DNA from: Bacteriovoracaceae bacterium | Lineage (GTDB): Bacteria > Bdellovibrionota > Bacteriovoracia > Bacteriovoracales > Bacteriovoracaceae | Direction of reading: 5' to 3' | Assembly: GCA_018649885.1 (NCBI GenBank) | Contig: JABIHA010000121.1 | Coordinates: forward strand, 1 to 64,000 | DNA: 64,000 nucleotides | Notes under the pieces: generated by a model | The model's input: only the letters and a program-made list of their open reading frames with translations | What the model was told of the DNA's origin: nothing | The model's database searches: none | Shown here: positions 59,686-64,000 of the stretch, in pieces | How the letters are laid out: each line of letters opens with the position of its first letter | Numbering within the stretch: the first letter of the stretch is position 1 | Position numbers and translations under genes: made by a program

Positions 59686-59859
59686 AAATTTTTCTTTTAG
59701 AACCTTGATCCTGAAGTATTAGCAAAGAATTTCGTGTCCTAACAAGATACATTGATTGGATAATCAAGTAAATTTTTTACTATGAAAGCTACTATGCATT
59801 AAAGCTGTGCATGTGTATGATCAAGGCTTAATCAACCTGCTTTTTGAGGATAGTCTCTA

Positions 59860-61842
59860 ATGACCAAAAGTATTCAATTCTCTTCAAGAATATTGCAAAA
59901 TTTGACTTTATGGTTGGTATTTTTGTCTGTAGTGATCGTCCCCTACTGGTCTATGCCATTCGCCTCCCACTTCGCAAAGCACCACAATTTTAAAGCTATA
60001 TGGATTTTGGTCCCATTTTTAATAATCAATTGTTTATTATTTTATCTTATTAAAAAGGCGATAGTCGCTAGTGGCTCCCTATTCACCATCACCCTTGATG
60101 TTTTTGATCTGAAAATATTTTTTGCTATTTTCTGTGTCGGACTTGCTCTTCAGCTGCCCTATATGGCACTGGATTTACCTTATTCCGGAGATGAAGCTGT
60201 TCACATTGATAAGGCCTTCAAGATGTCCAAGTGTGTGCAGCTGATACTGAGCGAATTTTGGCCTTTTATACTCTTTTTTATATTTGTGATCCTAGGGGTC
60301 CTTAAAATTTTTAAAACTAATTTAAAGAACCTTGGGCTGGCAATTCTAGTCTTAGGATTTGTTTTATTTATAACATCTGGCTGGATATTCATGGACCTTC
60401 ATTGGAAAAGATACCCTCCACTTCTGGTGATTTTTGAATTTATTTTTGCTAATGCTTTGATATTTACTGAGCAGTCCCAAATTTTTCACAGACTCCCGAT
60501 CACTCTTCTATGGTTACTCACCTGTTTTACTTTCTATTACTCAATGAGATCTCGTGAGATTAAAAAAGAAATTTCCTTTTTAGTCTCCACTGTCTTTCTT
60601 CTTATTCCCGTATACTTCTATCACGGGGCAATCGTATTGATTGAACCACTTTTATTTTTTGAAGTTTCTGCTGCGATATTAATCATCTCTTCAAAAATTC
60701 AAGATAAGCAAAAAATACATTTTCTTGTGCTTCTCAACTTGCTGGTGGGTTTATCAAAGGAGATTAGTCCATTTCTGATTTTTCCTAATATCCTGATGGT
60801 TTTCCACCTAATGGGGCTAAAAAACATCCTACAAAAAAAGAAAGTTTTTCTTCATGCCACTAAACTATCTTTAATTTCAATTTCAACCATGGCGATTTAT
60901 TACTTTTATCGAATCTATTCTCAAATTTTCAACCCCAAGGCCATGACAGTTTATGCAAGGCCCTATAAATTTGCTCCTCTGAATTTTCTAGATCCTCTAC
61001 AATACCGCTCACTTTACGAGTTTTTTAAAATCCAAACGACTTTACCTATAATGGTATTGAGTTTATTAGGTATAGCATTTTTGATCAAAAATAGAAAAAA
61101 AGACAACCGTAACCTGGTTTTGATTTTCTGGACGATCACATTTTCAAGCTTACTATTCATATTATTTGGTGGAGATGCATCCAAATACTATGGCTACAGT
61201 CGCTTTCACGGTTTAATATTTTTGCCTATTATTTTGATAGGCTTAATGGGAATGGCCGAGGTTGCCCAAAAATACCAATCCAAGTGGGTCACGCCAATAA
61301 TGGTAGTGCTCGGTATTTTTCTTTTCATGAAAACACCTAAAATAGATGAAAGAAATAGTTGGGGCACTCCCTTATATCAAAACTATGGAGAGAGCTACTT
61401 AGACATAGAAGGTTTGGTAAAATATTCTAATAAAATAGGTGCTAAATCCATTGCCTACTTTGAACTTCAGCTTCCACTTTGGTTTTATAAAACAATGGCA
61501 AAATTCCCTCTCAGCATAGAAATTAATAACACTTTGAATAAAAGCCTAAACCTAAAATCTTATGATTATTTTGTTCATGCTCAAAAAGAAAGTGATATCT
61601 GCCAAAAACTATCAAAGAAAGAATTCTCTCACATCAAACTTATTAAAAATTTTGATAGTTTGAAAAATGGAGCCTGTCTTTTACTATTTAAAAATCTAAA
61701 TGGAAATAGTATTGAAATTGAAAAAAAATATCACCGCTGGAAAGCCTCGAGTGGAAATATGGCCATCGGCATAGATCCTCAGAAAATTGCGAAGATCAAA
61801 CAAGAGCTCTACTTTTGGCGAAAGACAGAACCAGCACTCTAG
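59860..61842 (+). CDS. Large GT-C (ArnT/PMT-like) membrane protein
   Basis: GDEAVH, RYPPL, IEP, SKE, YSRF; many TM segments. Confidence 0.6.
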   Translation: MTKSIQFSSRILQNLTLWLVFLSVVIVPYWSMPFASHFAKHHNFKAIWILVPFLIINCLLFYLIKKAIVASGSLFTITLDVFDLKIFFAIFCVGLALQLPYMALDLPYSGDEAVHIDKAFKMSKCVQLILSEFWPFILFFIFVILGVLKIFKTNLKNLGLAILVLGFVLFITSGWIFMDLHWKRYPPLLVIFEFIFANALIFTEQSQIFHRLPITLLWLLTCFTFYYSMRSREIKKEISFLVSTVFLLIPVYFYHGAIVLIEPLLFFEVSAAILIISSKIQDKQKIHFLVLLNLLVGLSKEISPFLIFPNILMVFHLMGLKNILQKKKVFLHATKLSLISISTMAIYYFYRIYSQIFNPKAMTVYARPYKFAPLNFLDPLQYRSLYEFFKIQTTLPIMVLSLLGIAFLIKNRKKDNRNLVLIFWTITFSSLLFILFGGDASKYYGYSRFHGLIFLPIILIGLMGMAEVAQKYQSKWVTPIMVVLGIFLFMKTPKIDERNSWGTPLYQNYGESYLDIEGLVKYSNKIGAKSIAYFELQLPLWFYKTMAKFPLSIEINNTLNKSLNLKSYDYFVHAQKESDICQKLSKKEFSHIKLIKNFDSLKNGACLLLFKNLNGNSIEIEKKYHRWKASSGNMAIGIDPQKIAKIKQELYFWRKTEPAL

Positions 61843-61943
61843 CTATTGTATGAAACAGGATCAATTTCCTGCACATGGCAATAACCCGAAGCCTTGGCAT
61901 TAATAGCAAATATGAGAATTAAAACAAATAGAAGCGATTTCAC
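61839..61943 (-). CDS. 34-aa ORF with signal peptide (peptide or gene remnant)
   Basis: AAGGAG RBS, GTG start, MKSLLFVLILIFAINAKA-SGYCHVQEIDPVSYNS. Confidence 0.4.
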   Translation of the reverse strand: MKSLLFVLILIFAINAKASGYCHVQEIDPVSYNS

Positions 61944-62079
61944 GACAACTCCTTCTTATTTCTACCAAAAAACTACCAAATTTACCTGGACCCAAGGAAT
62001 GACCCTCCTCAGAAATATTCAAGACAATTTATAGTTTAAAGATTAATCTTTGATAAGAAAAAGGATATTGACCTTGGTA

Positions 62080-62715
62080 ATGAGCTGCCCCCTATGTCTT
62101 GATACTAACCATTCTCTCTTTTATGAGGATAAAGCTAGAACTTACTATCAATGTGGGAATTGTTTTTTAATTTTCGTGCCCCCTAAGTTTTGGACTTCCC
62201 AGGTAGAAGAAAAAGAAATCTATGATCTCCACCAAAACTCTCCGCTTGATTTGGGATACCGAAAGTTTCTCTCTAGACTATTCGATCCACTCGTTAAAAA
62301 ACTTACCCCCAACTCCAAGGGACTCGATTTTGGCTGCGGAAATGGTCCAACATTATCAGTTATGCTTGAAGAAAAGGGACATTCGGTAGAGCTTTTCGAT
62401 CTATACTACGCAAACGATCTAAAAGTATTTTCAAAAAAATATGACTTTATTGTGGCCACTGAAGTTATTGAACATCTTGGCAATCCAAATCAAGAGATCA
62501 CCAGATTAATAAGCCTTTTAAGGCCAGAAGGCTTACTTGGAGTCATGACAAAGCTGGCGAGAGACCAAAGTGCTTTTTCGACCTGGCACTATAAAAATGA
62601 CATCACTCACATCTGTTTTTACTCAGTGAAAACCTTTGAATGGATCGCCAAACACTGGTCCATGGAAATAGAATTTGTTGGAAATGATGTAGTGATTTTA
62701 AAGGCCTGCACATAG
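62080..62715 (+). CDS. Class I SAM methyltransferase with an N-terminal Zn motif
   Basis: CPLC...CGNC, GLDFGCGNGP, EVIEH, WHYKNDITHICFY. Confidence 0.9.
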   Translation: MSCPLCLDTNHSLFYEDKARTYYQCGNCFLIFVPPKFWTSQVEEKEIYDLHQNSPLDLGYRKFLSRLFDPLVKKLTPNSKGLDFGCGNGPTLSVMLEEKGHSVELFDLYYANDLKVFSKKYDFIVATEVIEHLGNPNQEITRLISLLRPEGLLGVMTKLARDQSAFSTWHYKNDITHICFYSVKTFEWIAKHWSMEIEFVGNDVVILKACT

Positions 62716-62725
62716 AAAACAGACC

Positions 62726-63397
62726 CTAGCTGGCCTTCCTTTTAATCGCCTTTCTAAGGCCTTCTTTTGATAATCCCAAAACTCCAGATGCTTTTTGCTT
62801 ATTGCCCCCAGTTTCCACCAAAGCAAGTGAGATCAACTTTTGCTCCAAGCGTTCTTTTTGTTTTTTTACATTTAAGTCATCAATTTCAAAATGATGACTT
62901 TCAGATGATGTACTGAGTGCACTTAAACCACAAGAAAGAAGGTGGCCAACGAGTTCAAGTAAATCTAATTCATACTTTTCAAATCTTCCGGATATTGAGT
63001 TCAAGGCCTGAATCACTCCAAAGGGATTCTCTGTGGTGCCTATAAGTGCACTGGCAATACACTCTGTTTTGTATTTGGTCTTTGTATCAATTTCTGGAAA
63101 AAAATCGGGGTGCCCGCTGGGGTCATTAACAAGTAGTGGTGCCTTATTTCTCCAGCAAAAGCCCACCACTCCCTTAGTCACGGGCAGTGAGATCTCTCCA
63201 TTTTCAATACCAGTTCCGAGTTTTAAATCAAGCTGCTCCGTCTTGTGATTAAAAATAAAGACTGAAACTCTTTCAGCAAATAATAGCTTTTGTGTGTAAT
63301 TCACAAAGGGACGATAGAGGGCCACAGCAGACTTAGGTCCGTGAATAAGCTTACTTAGCTCTAGTAAATAAAACAATTTCTCTTGAAAATCGCTCAT
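62726..63397 (-). CDS. GAF + Fis-type HTH regulator lacking AAA+ (paralogue of 37311)
   Basis: LDLKLGT.IENGEISLPV.KGVVGFCWR; LNVKKQKE.LE; GGNKQKASGVLGLSKEGLRKA. Confidence 0.85.
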   Translation of the reverse strand: MSDFQEKLFYLLELSKLIHGPKSAVALYRPFVNYTQKLLFAERVSVFIFNHKTEQLDLKLGTGIENGEISLPVTKGVVGFCWRNKAPLLVNDPSGHPDFFPEIDTKTKYKTECIASALIGTTENPFGVIQALNSISGRFEKYELDLLELVGHLLSCGLSALSTSSESHHFEIDDLNVKKQKERLEQKLISLALVETGGNKQKASGVLGLSKEGLRKAIKRKAS

Positions 63398-63403
63398 AAC
63401 TAC

Positions 63404-63430
63404 TTGTCGGTTGGACGATGTACAACTTGA
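63404..63430 (-). promoter_or_regulatory. Possible sigma28 promoter TCAA-N15-ACCGACAA giving a near-leaderless mRNA
   Basis: Correct 15-bp spacer; ATG 6 nt after the -10; no SD. Confidence 0.4.
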
Positions 63431-63775
63431 GTTTGCCCTTTGAACACTTTGCGATGACCAGGCCCAAGACACACGACAAACTTCCAGCTACTTGAGAGCT
63501 TATCCAATTTATCTGGGCGGGTTTCAGGCCTTTGGTAAATGAATTCTGATTGGATAAGAAACCTTTAACTATACTCCACATTATTGAAATAATTCGAATT
63601 ACGGTACATGAGTTGGATCAAGGCCTACCAAAGTGGTCAATAGACATAAAATATAGGGGTGAAACGAAGAATCGAAAGATTCTTACCCTACGATAGCTGT
63701 ATGTAAGTGGAAGTTACCAATCTCAATGTAGGGGCCATTGAAGCAATAAACGGATTTCGCTTCAAAGGGGTCAAT

Positions 63776-64000
63776 ATGAAAGCATCACATCTTATGTCAA
63801 TTTTACTAGCAGTTTTTTTAGTTTTTGCCACAGAGGCCAACTCTGCGTCTACAAAAAGATCAGCTAAATCCAAGCACAAAAAAGCACATCGAGGTAATCA
63901 CAGAGGCGTTAAAAAAATGCTTAAAAAGTTTTACAAAAAACAAAGAAGAATCAGAAGACGCTACAAAAAACTTCATCTAGCTGGCAATGTAGGCCTAAAG
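63776..64000 (+). CDS. Secreted highly basic protein, truncated at window edge
   Basis: Translated by hand: MKASHLMSILLAVFLVFATEANS-ASTKRSAKSKHKKAHRG...KKQRRIRRRYKK; not in the ORF track. Confidence 0.7.
   Translation, partial: MKASHLMSILLAVFLVFATEANSASTKRSAKSKHKKAHRGNHRGVKKMLKKFYKKQRRIRRRYKKLHLAGNVGLK

Overview
AT-rich bacterial chromosomal window with about 65 CDSs and no rRNA, tRNA, CRISPR array or recognisable mobile element. The many signal-peptide and lipoprotein orphans, the H1-like protein and the stand-alone FliG-C suggest a Bdellovibrionota (Bacteriovoracia-like) predator; this is an inference. Recognisable modules: LysR-yceI-yqjG, truA, an FNR-type reductase, a HelD-like ATPase, tesA-ybbA-ybbP, a Cus-type heavy-metal RND operon with a divergent ECF sigma/anti-sigma pair and matching twin promoters, an isolated argC-argB pair, and a radical SAM gene between two GT-C-like membrane proteins. 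The top observation is a methionyl-tRNA synthetase homologue (49645-51585). It keeps the HIGH, KMSKS and Zn-knuckle motifs, but the Met-pocket and CAU-anticodon residues are replaced and it carries a ~60-aa insertion, so it may have altered specificity. Also notable: two paralogous GAF-Fis regulators lacking the sigma54 AAA+ domain, each beside a cationic secreted protein; three consensus sigma54 promoters ahead of secreted orphans; and an Xre/operator/H1-like/HNH module. All calls come from motif recognition by eye; no database searches were run.
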